From contig CAVNZM010000003.1 of assembly GCA_963693365.1 (NCBI GenBank), forward strand, positions 8,117,312 through 8,181,311: 64,000 nt of DNA, written 5' to 3'. The position numbers and the translations under genes are program-made. The notes under the pieces were generated by a model. It saw nothing but the letters and a program-made list of their open reading frames with translations, made no database searches and had not been told where the DNA came from. This document shows positions 1 to 13,477 of the stretch, piece after piece (position 1 is the first letter of the stretch; each line of letters starts with the position of its first letter). The stretch is from Amoebidium appalachense. Taxonomy: Eukaryota; Protista; Ichthyosporea.

Positions 1-622
1 GGAGGGGAGGGAAGGATGTGTGTGTGGAGGGATAGGTGGATGGTTGGATGCATGTGCTTGTGCGTGTGCATATGGTTGGGTAGGTTGGTGGGTGGATGGG
101 TGTGGGTGGGTATGTGGGGTGTGAGTGCATGTGCGTGCATGCGTGTGGGTGGGGGGGGGGGGGGGGAGGGGGGGAAATGGATGTGGGTGTGGGTATGGGT
201 GGGTGTGGAGGTGTGGTGGCTTGGTGATCGAAGCATGTGGTTGTCTGGATTTAGCTGTATGTAGGTGTGGAGATGGGTCCTTGTTTTCTTATCACGTGTT
301 GTGTCTGTGCTTTTCTCTTTCTCTCTCTTTGCTGCTCCCTCCCCCCTCCCCCCCCCCCCCCCCCCCCCCCCCCCGCCAGCTCCCCAACCCCTCCCTTTCC
401 CCCTCCCCCCCTTCTGTCCATCATATACCATCCCGTTCGAAGCAACGATGCCGGATATGTAGAGTATCGATCTTTTTTCGCTGTATGTCTGGGTGCTGCA
501 AAGTAATGTATCGTGTGTGTTTCTCCAAGCCACCCCATGCCATCACATTCCACACACGCTTCCTGCTATGATATGAACCGAGATTTTCTTGCTTTTTTGT
601 GTACTTGCGTAATGTGTACAAC

Positions 623-655
<33 letters not shown>

Positions 656-789
656 ATACCAGGTGTTGTCCGTTATGAATGTATATCTCGTACTCTATAA
701 CGGATTCTTACCCCCTGCCCCTCCCCCCCCCCCCCCCCCCTTCCCCCCTGCCCTCTCAACAAAAAAAAAAAAAAAAAAAGAGGAATGAC

Positions 790-826
<37 letters not shown>

Positions 827-827
<1 letters not shown>

Positions 828-1956
828 AAACCATCTACCCGTACGTGCACTTCACAGGGGACGATGGGGTTGCCGGGTTGGACCAACTCCCCCTCCTGAG
901 CCACCTGAGTGCCTTTAAGGCCAACCTTCTATTTGATAAGGGTGGGTGCCTGAAAATCCAAGTGTGCTGAATTCAAAAACATAATTTATTAGTGTTATTT
1001 GGGCAAGTGTTAGTGGTATCGTGTTGATTAGGTTTGATAGTATCGATTTGATAGTACCGCTTTAATTATGTTGGATGGTATCATTTCGGTTGTTTGTTAT
1101 TGGCATTCTGATTAGGATTTAATGTATCATTTTTTAGGGTCAATAGTATCGCTGGTGTGCTTTTTGGTTTTTAGGCTAATGCATGCCTGGGATCAATAAG
1201 TTAAGGGCATAGGTGGATCGGTGCGTGGTAGTGTGTAATGGTGATGGAGAGACTAGGGGAAAGAGGGAGAGGGTGGGGTGGGGAGGGGACGGGGGGTGGA
1301 AGGGGGGGGGGGGGTTGAATGATGGGAGACACGGGTGGAGTTAGCTGTCATGAAACGACTTAATGAAGCAGAATGGGTGTAATACATTGTACAGAATAGT
1401 TGAAAAAGAAGAGGAGGGCAAGAGAGATAAGAGGTGGGGTGGGATTTATAAGCATAGGGGCATAATCCCCAAGTGATGCAAGGATGTAGGGTGTTTAGGC
1501 TATGACTGTACCGCCCACATTTGCCCCCCCCCCACCACCACCACCACCACCACCACCACCACCACCCACCCACCCACCCACCCACCCCCATCCCTCCCAC
1601 CCTCCCTCCCCCTCTTCTTCCATGTGCCGGTTTACTTCCCTCAGTTTGATCACAGAGGATAATCAGAAAGGGACGGTTGGGGGAGGGGGGAAGGGAGAGG
1701 GGGGGGGGGGGGGGGGGGGAAGGGGAAAGGGGGGATCGGGAGCGGATAGAGATGTAGGGTGGTTGTTGAAACACCCATTGGTGTGGGTGTGGTGCTAACT
1801 GGGGCTAACTGGGGCTACGTGCAGAGACACTGAGTGCAGAGTGTTTGGCCATCGTGCAGTCCCTAAAGGACGCAGATAGGTGTGTGTGTGTGTGTGTGTG
1901 TTTGTGTGTGTGTATGTTTGCGTAAGTGTGTGTGTGTGTGCGTGTGTTTGGGTTTT

Positions 1957-1988
<32 letters not shown>

Positions 1989-2505
1989 GACTGATTTTGG
2001 GTATCCGTATGATTGTTGGCTGGTCGTGGTGACTGAGTTTGTTCCTTCTTTGTCTTTCCTTCTCGGGTCATTTCTTCCCCTGCATACTTTTTCTCTTTGC
2101 CTTTTTAAATGCCTGAAGGGGAAGGGGGGGGGGGGTTGCTTGGGCTGTGTATGGGTTATCACTGCCTTCACACACGTTATATCCACCTCTCACGCCACCT
2201 ATTCGCAGACTGTTTCTTCATATCCCTAAAGCATTCCACCAACCCCTCACCCATCCCTTCCCATTTATCCTGACAACGAAAGGCACACAGCTTTCCAGCC
2301 CACAAGCACAGCATTTCATGGATTCCAATACCTCCCTTGTGTTTGCCTGTACTGATTGCACCTGCACGTACCTGTACTGACTGCATCTGCACCAGTGCCA
2401 GCACCACGCAGGCCTGCCACAGCAAGAGTGACCCCCTGCCCAGCCAGCTGGAGGACAGGCGCAAGATTCTCAACAACAAAGGTAACCCCCCCCCCCCCCC
2501 CCCCA

Positions 2506-2538
<33 letters not shown>

Positions 2539-3232
2539 GAAAAGAAAAAGAAAGAAAAGGAAAAAGAAGAAAAGATAAGAAACTTTGAAAGAAAGAAAGG
2601 GGAGGAAAAAAAAAGAAAAAAAACTCCCGCTCCTCTCAAAGTACGCCCCACACCGGATGATTACAGGTCTCCCTTCTGCCCCAAACCCACAACAAACCTT
2701 TGTCCGAATGCCCACATGTAGCTCTGCTCCTGTTATGCTGTCTGCTTGCCCTGAAGATGCCTATGGATATACTTTTTGGTGGTCTCTTACCAGCTTGATC
2801 TGACGGCCCATATATGGAAGGCAGGGGCCCGGTCGGCATTTAGGTTGATGCGCTCACACCCAATAATAATTGGGGATTAAGGGTTTTACGAGCTAAACAC
2901 TATGAAGCACACTTTTTGTCGATTGTGACACGCTGTAGAGCTCCAATGCCAAAGCAAACACTGTAGAGCTCCAATGCCAAAGCAAACACGCTCATTGAGT
3001 GATGGTGTTGTTGAAGTTGTTCACAATCGAAGTTTTCCTGTGCTATTGAAACTATTTTGTGAGCTGAATAATCATAAATCTTACTCCCTCCCTCCCTCCT
3101 TCCTATCCTTCCTTACTTCCCTCTTTCCCTCCTTTCTCTATCACACACACACACACTCGCGCGCGCGCACCACCCTGGCTACCCTTGCATACATCCACCC
3201 GCACACTGACACAACCCCCCCCCGTCCCCCCC

Positions 3233-3302
<70 letters not shown>

Positions 3303-3900
3303 GGACAATGCCCGCCGCACCATGCTCCGGGACCTCCAAAAGAACATAGCTGAGTGGTGGGTGGGTGTGACCACCGCACGTGAAGGTGTAGAGTCATGGC
3401 TATCCAAGGGTGTACGCCTAGGCAAAGAGTGCCAGGCGGAGTATGATGGGTTTGTGCTGGCCCATGTGTCGTCTGTGGCCCAGTTTGCAGATGCTTATGA
3501 TGCCGCGGTGAAAGCTGGATTGCAAGATGCCAATGCTGCTGACCAGGTGGTGTGCTTTGCCTGCTCCTCTCTGCCCTTTTACTCACCCACCAACCAACCC
3601 ACCCCCCGTTTTTTTGTGGTTGTGGGAGGTGGCTGTGTGAGTGTCTTTGTGTGTGAGTGTGTGTGTGTGGGGGGGGGGGGGGGGGGGGGGGGGGGGGAGG
3701 GGGGAGGGGGGAGGGGGGAGGGATATAGGGGGTCTCTTTTTATGTTTTATTTCATTTCACTGCTGGAGAAAGGGGCGGGGGGGGGGGGGGGGAGGGAGGC
3801 AAGGAGTGGAGGAGGGAGGGGGTTGTAGAGGTTTGTGTTACGATTCTGAGAGAAAAGAGCTAAACAGGGTGTGGTAGCTCTTGAACAAGTCACCTAAGAT

Positions 3901-3939
<39 letters not shown>

Positions 3940-4087
3940 AAAAAAAAAAAAAAACCACCACCACCACTTTTAACTTGCGCCCCCCCCCCCCCCCAAAAAA
4001 AAAAAAAAAAAAAAAAACCACCACCACCACTTTTAACTTGCCCACCCCCTCCAGCCCCCAAAAAATAGTCATACACACCCACCTACA

Positions 4088-4130
<43 letters not shown>

Positions 4131-4592
4131 CTCTAACCCTCATTTTCCCCCCTCTTCCATGCAGCTGTTTTCTGCCTACGAGGAGCAGGTGGAGAGACAG
4201 AAGACACTGTGGCTGCAGACCCTTGCAGGCATCAGGGCAAGAATGGTGGCCCTGGTAGAAACTGAGCTAGGACGCATCATGGAATGTGCTGGACCAGTGG
4301 ACGGACAGGTGTGTTCAGTGTGTGTTTCCTTATGGGGTGGGTGATGTGGTGGTGTGGGTGTGTTCTATGGTTGAGGGAGGGTGGGCTAATCGGTGTGTCG
4401 TGTGGTGTGTATATGTGTGTGGTCAAGTAAGTGTGGGATGGCAAACACTTGGAAGACAAAAACTCTGATGCTTTTTTAGCACATGAATTAGGCAGATTTA
4501 AGTGTGTGTGTGGCATGTGTGGGCATGTGGTAGTGTTACTGTTCACATGATCATTGGCGTGGACGTGGGTGGTGGTGGTGGTGGTTGGGGTT

Positions 4593-4626
<34 letters not shown>

Positions 4627-5646
4627 GGTGTTTGGGGGGGGGGGGCTTTTTTGTGTCTTCGTTGTATGCACCTGCCCGTTTTAGCATGTGTGTTTCGTTC
4701 TTCTTGCATCACTATCTGACACTTTCCGATCACCCCGTCTCCTACACACACACACACACACAACACACATGCACGCACATACACGCAACCACCCACCCTC
4801 ACACGCACGCACGCACACACATTATCTTTCCCTCCTAACTACCCCTTCCTCCTTCCTCCTCCTCTCCCCTCCAACCCCTCCAACCCCCTCCACACACACA
4901 CACACACACACACTTTTATACACACACACAGACCGCCGAGGTTCAAGAGCTCCAGTCCCGCCTGCACCACACCATCCAGTCCATCCAAGACACCCTTCAC
5001 AGCGATCAACCCAGCAGTGAACTGCAGCAACTAGACACCACAGTCACAGAACTGTGGACGGCTATCAAAGAGGAGTGGGCAACGGCAGGCGATGCACCGG
5101 CAAAGTATTTGAACTCCCCCCTCCCCCTCCCTTGTTGATGAGCTCTGCTTATGATGCATACTACGCGCGTTGCTGATGTTGCATAGGTAAATGTTTGCCT
5201 TTGCATGTGTCCTGCACGGTGTTTCTCATCGCGTAGTTGTACTTCATACCATGTTCCGCATTCTAACCAAACCCTCCCTCCCCCCCCCGCGGGTACTGTG
5301 GATTACTTGAGTCCCCCCTGAGGATGGGCTCTACTTATTATGCATACTCTATATGTGTGGTTTGCACTCTTTTAAGGCTATATTCTAGTTGCTTATGCTC
5401 ATTCCCCCCACAGGAAAGCAAAGGCGGAACAGAAAGACTTCAGGAAGAAGGTAACCCCCTCCCCCCTCCCCCCTCCCCCTCCCCCTCCCCCCTCCCCCTC
5501 CCCCCATCCAATCCTCCTCCTCATCCGACGATCGATGATAATGTGCATGATTTTACCTTTAATTCGATGAACTCCCCCTCCCCCCCCCCCCCCCCCCCCC
5601 CCCCCCCCAGACAGTGGGAAGAGAGATCGGTCATTTCTTTTTTTTC

Positions 5647-5677
<31 letters not shown>

Positions 5678-6552
5678 GCAGCATTGCATAACCAGTTTTG
5701 AAGATTTTATTCTGACGATGTGATTGGGCGGCAGCTGAGGAGGTTGGAGGCTCGTCTGTCGGAGTGGCGCCAGAGGGGCACTGATGACGTCAAGACCGTA
5801 CGTGCACACACAGAGACACATGCACGTGCTCCCACATGCATTGCATAAACCTGCAAACGGGCATGCGCACGCACACACACACACGCAAACACAAACACAC
5901 ACACACTCATACTCGACCTTGTGCACGCTCACACACACAACGCACCATGGAAGTGCACACAACCTCTCTGCAAGATGAAACCGGCTATTGTTTCGGCACT
6001 CTCATGCACACTACACACAACCAAAAGCACACTTCTAATTCAACAGCACATTCCCCCACCTCTATCTAATTCAACCAACCAGAACCCCCCTCCCCCCCCC
6101 CCCCCCCCCCCCTCCTCCCCACCCACCCACCCATCCTTGCCGTCCACCTATTTAATGGTTTTACAGTCTGGCAAGGTGTATAGGGATATCTAGGTATATC
6201 TAATCATTTTTCTAACCCATTGTTCCCATTTTTTCCATATCTTTCCTGACTTGCTCAATTTCCGTGCCTGTTTGCCGGTGAGTTTACAAGACGTAAATCT
6301 CAGTCCACCTGACTTCCTTTCCCCAAAAGTCATGGCAAGTGTACCTTATCGGCTCTATCACCTTTGAAATTTCTGAGCAAATCTCAACGATTACAGTTCT
6401 GATCGTGAAATTTCACAGTTGCTATCGCTCCGGAGTATCCAAGAGGCATTGGTTCTGTCTCTGCTTGTGGCCGTGGGTCAGGCACAGCACAGAGAGGTGT
6501 GTGCCTACCCTCTCTCTCTCTCTCTCTCTCCCCCCCCCCCCCCCCCCCCCCC

Positions 6553-6638
<86 letters not shown>

Positions 6639-7263
6639 CGAACTACCACCACCCACAAAGAATGAAAAGGAAAATGGAGCAAGGAATGACGAATGACCAC
6701 TTGTTTTCGTATTCTTTGGTTCTGGCTGGGCATTCCCGTGCATCCCGTCATATATCTCACCTCCATCCTATCTAGCCGCTATAGTTCTGGCCTGGGCATA
6801 CATACTCGTATGTCATGTCATATCTCATCTCTATCCTGTCTAGCCACCATAGTTCTGGCCGGGGCATACCTGTATATCCCGTCATTTATTTCACCTCTAC
6901 CATATCTAGCCACTGTTTTTCTGGCCTTGGCATACCTGTATGTCCCGTATTATGTCTCATCTCCCTCCTATAGCACTATAGCTCTCAGCTGGGCATACCC
7001 GTATACCCCATCATATATCTCACCTCTATCATATCTTGCCACTGAAGGTCTTGCTTGGAATTACCCGAATATGTCGTCATATATCTCACCTCTATCATAT
7101 CTTGCCACTGAAGGTCTTGCCTGGAAATACCCGTATATCCCGTCATATATCTCACCCGTATTATATCCAGGCACTTGGCCGGCAGGAGCTTCTTGTGCGG
7201 TCCAAGGAGATTGCCGACGGCATCTACACACAGACACAGCAGCTACGCACACAGTATGTGGCC

Positions 7264-7331
<68 letters not shown>

Positions 7332-7422
7332 CGCGCGCGCGCGCGCGCGCGTGTGCTGTGTTCCCCGGCTCGTGTCACTGCTTGGGCTTTTGCGGTGGGT
7401 CCCCGATGCAAGGTGAATGACT

Positions 7423-7454
<32 letters not shown>

Positions 7455-7675
7455 CCCCCCCCCCCCCCCCCCCTCTTCCTGGAGAAAGGGCTATATTGAT
7501 GTTGCATACTTTGACATGGCTTTTTTGCAAATTTCTGTTACACGTTGTACTTTTTGTGTTTCGTACTATATACCACATTTCACTAACCCCCCTCCCCCTC
7601 CCCCTCCCCGGCACACACCGACACACCGACACACAACGCACACACTTTCACTTATCCACACACATCCGGTTACCT

Positions 7676-7716
<41 letters not shown>

Positions 7717-7760
7717 ACCACCACCACCACCACCACCACCACCACCACCACCACCCCCAA

Positions 7761-7797
<37 letters not shown>

Positions 7798-7995
7798 GCT
7801 TTCCCATGCTGCCACGTGTTGTGTTGTACGTGTCCTGGTAACGGAATACAACATTCAAATCCCCCCCCCCCCCCCCCCCCCCCCTCTCCCCCCCCTCCCC
7901 CCTTCCCCCTCTGATAACTACGGTAATTGACAACCCCTCGACCACTCCCACCAACACACAACATTACACACCCGTACAAGCGCTTCCACGCGCTA

Positions 7996-8026
<31 letters not shown>

Positions 8027-8625
8027 GTACACACGTAAACACACACACACACACACGTACACACACACACACACACGTACACACACTCACACACACGTAC
8101 ACACACACGTACACACACACACGTACACACACACACGTACACACACACACACACACACACACAGATACCAGCAGTGCAGTAGTGACGGTTGGGCCCGTCT
8201 CCACTGTGCGCTTGGTGCTCTCTTGGCCAATCAGCTGTCAGCGTGCTGCCACGATGCAACGGTTGGAGGCATTGCACCATCTGCTGTGGTTGTGCCTCGC
8301 CCCGTGCAGCCGGAGGAGCATGCAAGCAGTACCGATGCACAGCAACAGGTATTTATTTGTGTGCGTGTGTTGTGTTGTGTCTGATTGAGGTGAGGGGGTG
8401 GAAAGGGGAGGGGGGGGGGGGGGGGTGTTGTTTGCGAGGCAGGGCAGAGGGAGAGGGGGGAAAGAGGGGTGGAGTAGTGGGAGGGAGGGGGGTTACGAAG
8501 CTGCCTTTTTGAATGTGTCGAGTGAGGGTTGGGCAGATACCTATTTCCTGCTTAGTCTTCTATATGCGCTACATGGTTGCATTTTCTTGGGTGGGGGGTG
8601 AGAGGGGGGAAGGGGAAGAGAGGGT

Positions 8626-8688
<63 letters not shown>

Positions 8689-10171
8689 TGGTGAGTATCG
8701 GTTATTGCTTGCATGGGTTGTGGTGCTGTCTCGACACGTCTTTTGCTCTTGACTAAAGCTGCCATCGCATGGTTATTCCTTTGTAATCGATTTTGAATCG
8801 ACATTCAAACCAACACCAACGAAACATCATATTGTTTCCACCCACTAACATATTAGTTGCACGTCTCTACAGAAGTCCAAACCAAAGAAAAAAGACGCCG
8901 CACCCAAACAGCAACCAACAACGAAAACCACCACCGACCCCCCACCCCCAACCATAACCACAAAACCTTCCTCCGTGACTGAAACCACACCCACCACCAA
9001 AGATTCCCCATCGACTACAAACGGGGAACCAGAAAGCAAAAAATCAAAGAAAAAAGCCAAACAAGCCGCCAACACCAACACCAACACGGAACCCACCCCA
9101 TACACCGGCCCTCCCCTTTCCACATCCGCCCTCCCACCCGTCTCTACCAACCGACCCACACGTCCCGTTCAAACAGGACCCGTAGGACCTTCTTTCGCAG
9201 CCCTAGCTGCGATGCAACCCCCCAAAACAGACCAGACCCCCCCATATGTTCAACCCACACCACTCCCCACACCTACGCAACCCCCCGCCGAATCTCCCTC
9301 TGTCTCCGTTTCTTCTTCCAACCCCACGAGCACAAACCAACTTCCTCCCCCCTCCGTCCCTTCACCTTCAACCCTAACGCAATCGGTTTCGGAGTCACCG
9401 GCGGCGAGCGCGACGGTTGAGAATCATGTGAATACCAATGCGGGTGCCGGGAATATTGGGGGAATATCCGGGAACATTGGGAATATTCCCGACCCACTGC
9501 TTGCGAGCCAGGTGGAGGCTTTGGCTGCGGCCGTGCCGGCGCAGAATTTGGCGCTGATGGTCGTGCAGGCGGCGGCTGAAAAGGTGTGTGTGCATTCTGA
9601 TTGGGTGATTTTAGCATTTAAAATCACACTTTCCCTGCTTGGTCTGGTTTGGCAATGTGAGTGTAGGTCGATTGAGTGCTTCCATCGCTTTTATTTGCTA
9701 GTATTCTCCCCCCCCCCCCCCCCCCCCACCCCACCCCACCCCCACCCCACCCCCACCCCCACCTCCCACTCCCTTCCTCCCGCCCACCACCACCCAACAT
9801 GCACGCCCACGCAGACACGCTTGCATGTGGACGCGCATGGACACGTGCACACACACACACACACACAAACAAGCAAGCAAACAAACAAACAAACACATAC
9901 ACACCACTCTTACACACCACTATCACTTTCTTGGGACATTAAACCGTGGAACTGGCGTGTGCCGGCCGTCCTTCCTTGTCTCCCTCACTGACACTCATTA
10001 GCCCCCCCCCCCCCCCCCCTTCCCCCCGGGACGCGCACACACACACATGCACACACAAACACACATGCGCCCACACATACACACACTTACACACACTTAC
10101 ACATACAGATACACACACGCACACACACACACACACACATACCCCTCCCTCCTCCCCTCCTCCCCTCCCCA

Positions 10172-10220
<49 letters not shown>

Positions 10221-11645
10221 CGCGCCTAGTAGAGCAGTACACATCCGCTATGGACCAACTCCGTCATGCCTACCAACGCATTGCCCACCTCGAATCCGCC
10301 GTTTCATCTCTCGAACGTAATCTCATTCTCGCATCTCAAGCCGCCGCGGCCGCCAGCCCCCGTCCCCCCTTCATGCCATACCCGCACCCAATGGCACCCG
10401 GCCAGGAATTACCATTTTTGGCAGGTGGTATGCCCCCCTCCCCCGGGGGGTTACGGGCTTCCCACACATGGAATTCCTCCTATGGGACCTCCCCAAAACC
10501 TTCCCCCCACCAGCATGCAACCGGCTTATTCGGCACCGCTTCACCAAACTCCCCCAGTGTCTGAGAGTGTGCAGGAGGGGTGGGGAACCAAGGAAGAATT
10601 CAAAACGGATGCGGGTGGGAGCGTGTACGTGCCCCCCCATGCACGTGCACACAGTCAGTCAAACCCGCCTCTCCCTTCTGCACCTCTGCCCCCCCCTTCC
10701 GGCAGTAACAAGTATAACCCAACACGCGGACAAAACGAGAGAGACACACGTGGGGAACGTGGGGAGCCGCGTTCTGAGCGCGAACGCGAACGTGAAAGAG
10801 AAAGAGAGAGGGAGACACCCAGAAAGCAAACATGGACGCGTGGGGGTGCAGGAGGAAACGTTGATGCTGAGAGAGAGAAAGATAAGAGTGTTAGGGATGA
10901 TGCAATGAGAAATTGGAGGGAAGGAAGGGAGGCACAGAGGAGAGAGTCCCAGTCAAACGTTGTTGCTAAGGAGGACAACGCGTCAGCGCCTCTCCCCCAG
11001 ATGTGCGTGCACACCTACTCCCCCCCTCCCCCCCCCCCTCCTCCTCTCCCTCCCCTGCCCCTTCCAAGTGTTAACCGCATTCCACCCCCCGGCCCTCGAG
11101 ACTTAATTTTTTTCAGCTGGTGTAGTATGTTAGCCAGGGAAGTATCGACTTAGGTAGCGACGGGGGAGCTTCCTAGAAGCCCCGTCTCCTGAGTTCTTAT
11201 CTATATTTTTCTTGCTTCTGCTTTACTGCTGCAACTTTAACCCCCGGCCTTTCCCACTGCCCTTGCCTGCATAAGCAACCCTGCTCGTCTCTGATCAAGA
11301 CGGGTGACCTACCCATGTTCAAGTGAAACAGTATCTGAGTTGGGTTTCGTTAACGAGTTGAATAGGTCGAAACTCGGGTACTGTGGATGACGTCGGCCCC
11401 CCATGAATGGATGGGCTCTGCCTATTATGCATACTCTTTATGTATGGCTTGCATTCTGCATCGTGTTATCCGTTTGTTCTTGTGTACTTCGTACTTTTTG
11501 ACACATTCAAACCCCCCCCCCCCCCCCCCCCCCCAGGTGCTCTGTCTGTCCGATTTTGGGGTGTATGCCAGGTTTACGTCCAGCATCTTGGTGCTTCTCA
11601 CTTTGTGCTTCTTGCTTATAGCTGTCTTACCTCGTTGAACTTATC

Positions 11646-11676
<31 letters not shown>

Positions 11677-11694
11677 ACCTCCCCTCCTCACTCT

Positions 11695-11735
<41 letters not shown>

Positions 11736-12012
11736 CCCCCCCCCCCCCCCTTCTGCCTCTCTCCCTCTCTCTCTCTACCTCTCCTCCTCTCTCAACCCCC
11801 TCTCTTTTGAGATTTCCACCACCAGACCGCTCACCACCCACCCACCACACAGCAATCCGCGTGATGACGACAAAGCACATGGGCGGCACCGTCACTTCTG
11901 TGGCAACTGTGGCCGCAGTGGGCATACATCGTTTGACTGCACCGTGCCATGTAGGTATTGCGGCAAACAGCATCTGGCGGAACACTGCCCTCAGAACCAG
12001 AGATTGTTGTGA
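827..12012 (+). CDS. 5'-incomplete multi-exon gene: helical/coiled-coil region, Pro/Ser/Thr-rich linker, RE-rich region, C-terminal tandem CCHC zinc knuckles
   Basis: Phase-compatible GT-AG exons at about 827-941, 1825-1879, 2396-2481, 3302-3546, 4165-4308, 4932-5104, 5414-5450, 5735-5797, 6419-6496, 7171-7253, 8165-8348, 8873-9583, 10220-11002 (+1 frame change near 10551-10564) and 11853-12012. The last exon encodes [14 protein letters not shown] and [13 protein letters not shown], then TGA. Confidence 0.75.
5137..5370 (+). mobile_element. Two adjacent 5'-truncated fragments of the same element
   Basis: 5137-5268 (gatgagctctgcttatgatgcatac...ttctaacc) and 5289-5370 (gggtactgtggattacttgagtcccccctgaggatgggctc). 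Confidence 0.7.
6720..7170. repeat. Intronic minisatellite of about 66 bp, about 7 diverged units, ending at the 3' splice site
   Basis: Recurrent unit ...ggcatacccgtatatcccgtcatatatctcacctctatcatatctagccact... Confidence 0.85.
11241..11511 (+). mobile_element. Dispersed structured intronic element, full-length copy A (SINE-like)
   Basis: Near-identical to the reverse complement of 52483-52728 and clearly homologous to 56405-56677 and 31298-31558. Followed by a poly-C run. Confidence 0.8.
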
Positions 12013-12107
12013 GAGAGCGGGTGGGTGTGTTTGTGTGTGTGTCTTGTGGGTTTCTTTGTTTGTTTTTTTGGTGCGTGGTCGGGGTTGGGGCGGTTTTTTT
12101 TTTTTTT

Positions 12108-12138
<31 letters not shown>

Positions 12139-12311
12139 GGGGGGGATGTGTGTTGGTGGTTTGGCGTTGGGACGTGTGTTTGGGGTCGGTTAGTGCCTAC
12201 GATTGGCAACAAAATGGATGTTATGCTCCACAGTGTTCCATTTCTCTCATTGACTACACACGCGGGTGTGTGCTCACTCACACACACAAACACTATATAA
12301 ACACGTGCGGG

Positions 12312-12342
<31 letters not shown>

Positions 12343-13438
12343 ACGGACACTGAACGAAAACAAACGAGAAGATGACAATGCGACGAAGTGATCAGAAGAG
12401 CAAGTGATGGTTGGGGTTGAAAATCAGTGTTGATATTCTTGATGCTGCAATATTCAATTATGTTGCTTGGTTTGGTGTCTTGGTTAGTGCATCCTTGCAG
12501 ATTATGTTTGTTTGTAACTGCTTTATGATTCCATTGGATTTCCCTTTGTTGAGTAATGTGTTGTCGTTATTGCTGTTGATACTTAGTATTTAGGTTGTTG
12601 TGTGCTGAGATTCAACGTTTGTATGTTTGTGACCAGACCACCATGCTCTAGATACTGATTAAGGGTTGAATGTTCTTTCCTCGTTGATGTTCCTTTGTGA
12701 TTCAAGCATGAGGTTTGTTATGCTTAACATTATCGATAGTACAGATTATAATTGTTTGACAATCAATGCATGTACAAAGTGTTAGTGTGTTTCATGTCAT
12801 TCATAGCGAGAAAACAGTGATCTATCTTGATGCGGGGGGGAAAAAATTGGGCAAGACACAGCTGGTCTGTGTGATTTTGGTATCCGTTCGATTTCGGCGA
12901 TCAATAAAGATCTGTGCGATTTCCATTTCATGCAGGCCCTACACATACAGGCGGCAGCCAAAAAAGAAGAAAGAAGGAAGGAATGGAAAAGAGAGAAAGA
13001 GAGAGAGAGAGAGAAGAGAAAAGAGAAAAAAAAGAAAGAAAAATAGAGGACCAGGTAAACCAACGCTGAACCACCCGTATGCGTAAGAAGGCGGCCTTCA
13101 ACGCGTACCGGAGCAAGAAGCCCCCTCCCCCCCCCCCCCCCCCCCCCAACCCCCCTGCCGGCATAGAACGTGTGGGTCGGCAAGCTATATGGCGGAGTGA
13201 CTGGTTTACCATCGAAACCATCTCCCATTCCCTGAACCCTCTTTACCCTCCTCCCCCTCCTCCCCCAACACACACACACACCCCTCTCACCAGGGAAAAA
13301 AAAAAGATATAAATAAAAAAAGCTCATGTGGTGGCCTCTTGCCAGGGGAGCTTTGCAACAGGCTAAAACTAGATGGGATCGAACTCGAGAGCCGCATCAT
13401 AAAAACCTTCAGGAACCACCAAGCCAAAAGTAGCAAAG

Positions 13439-13477
<39 letters not shown>

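Noticed and set aside
6693-7499. 268-aa ORF with 22-aa periodicity, or a CRISPR-like array
   Set aside because: It is a continuous diverged minisatellite with no unique spacers and no cas genes, lying in an intron and out of frame with the host exon.
8625-8690. Long poly-G runs as specific G-quadruplex elements
   Set aside because: Such runs are ubiquitous in the window and their lengths are unreliable in assemblies. No locus-specific evidence.
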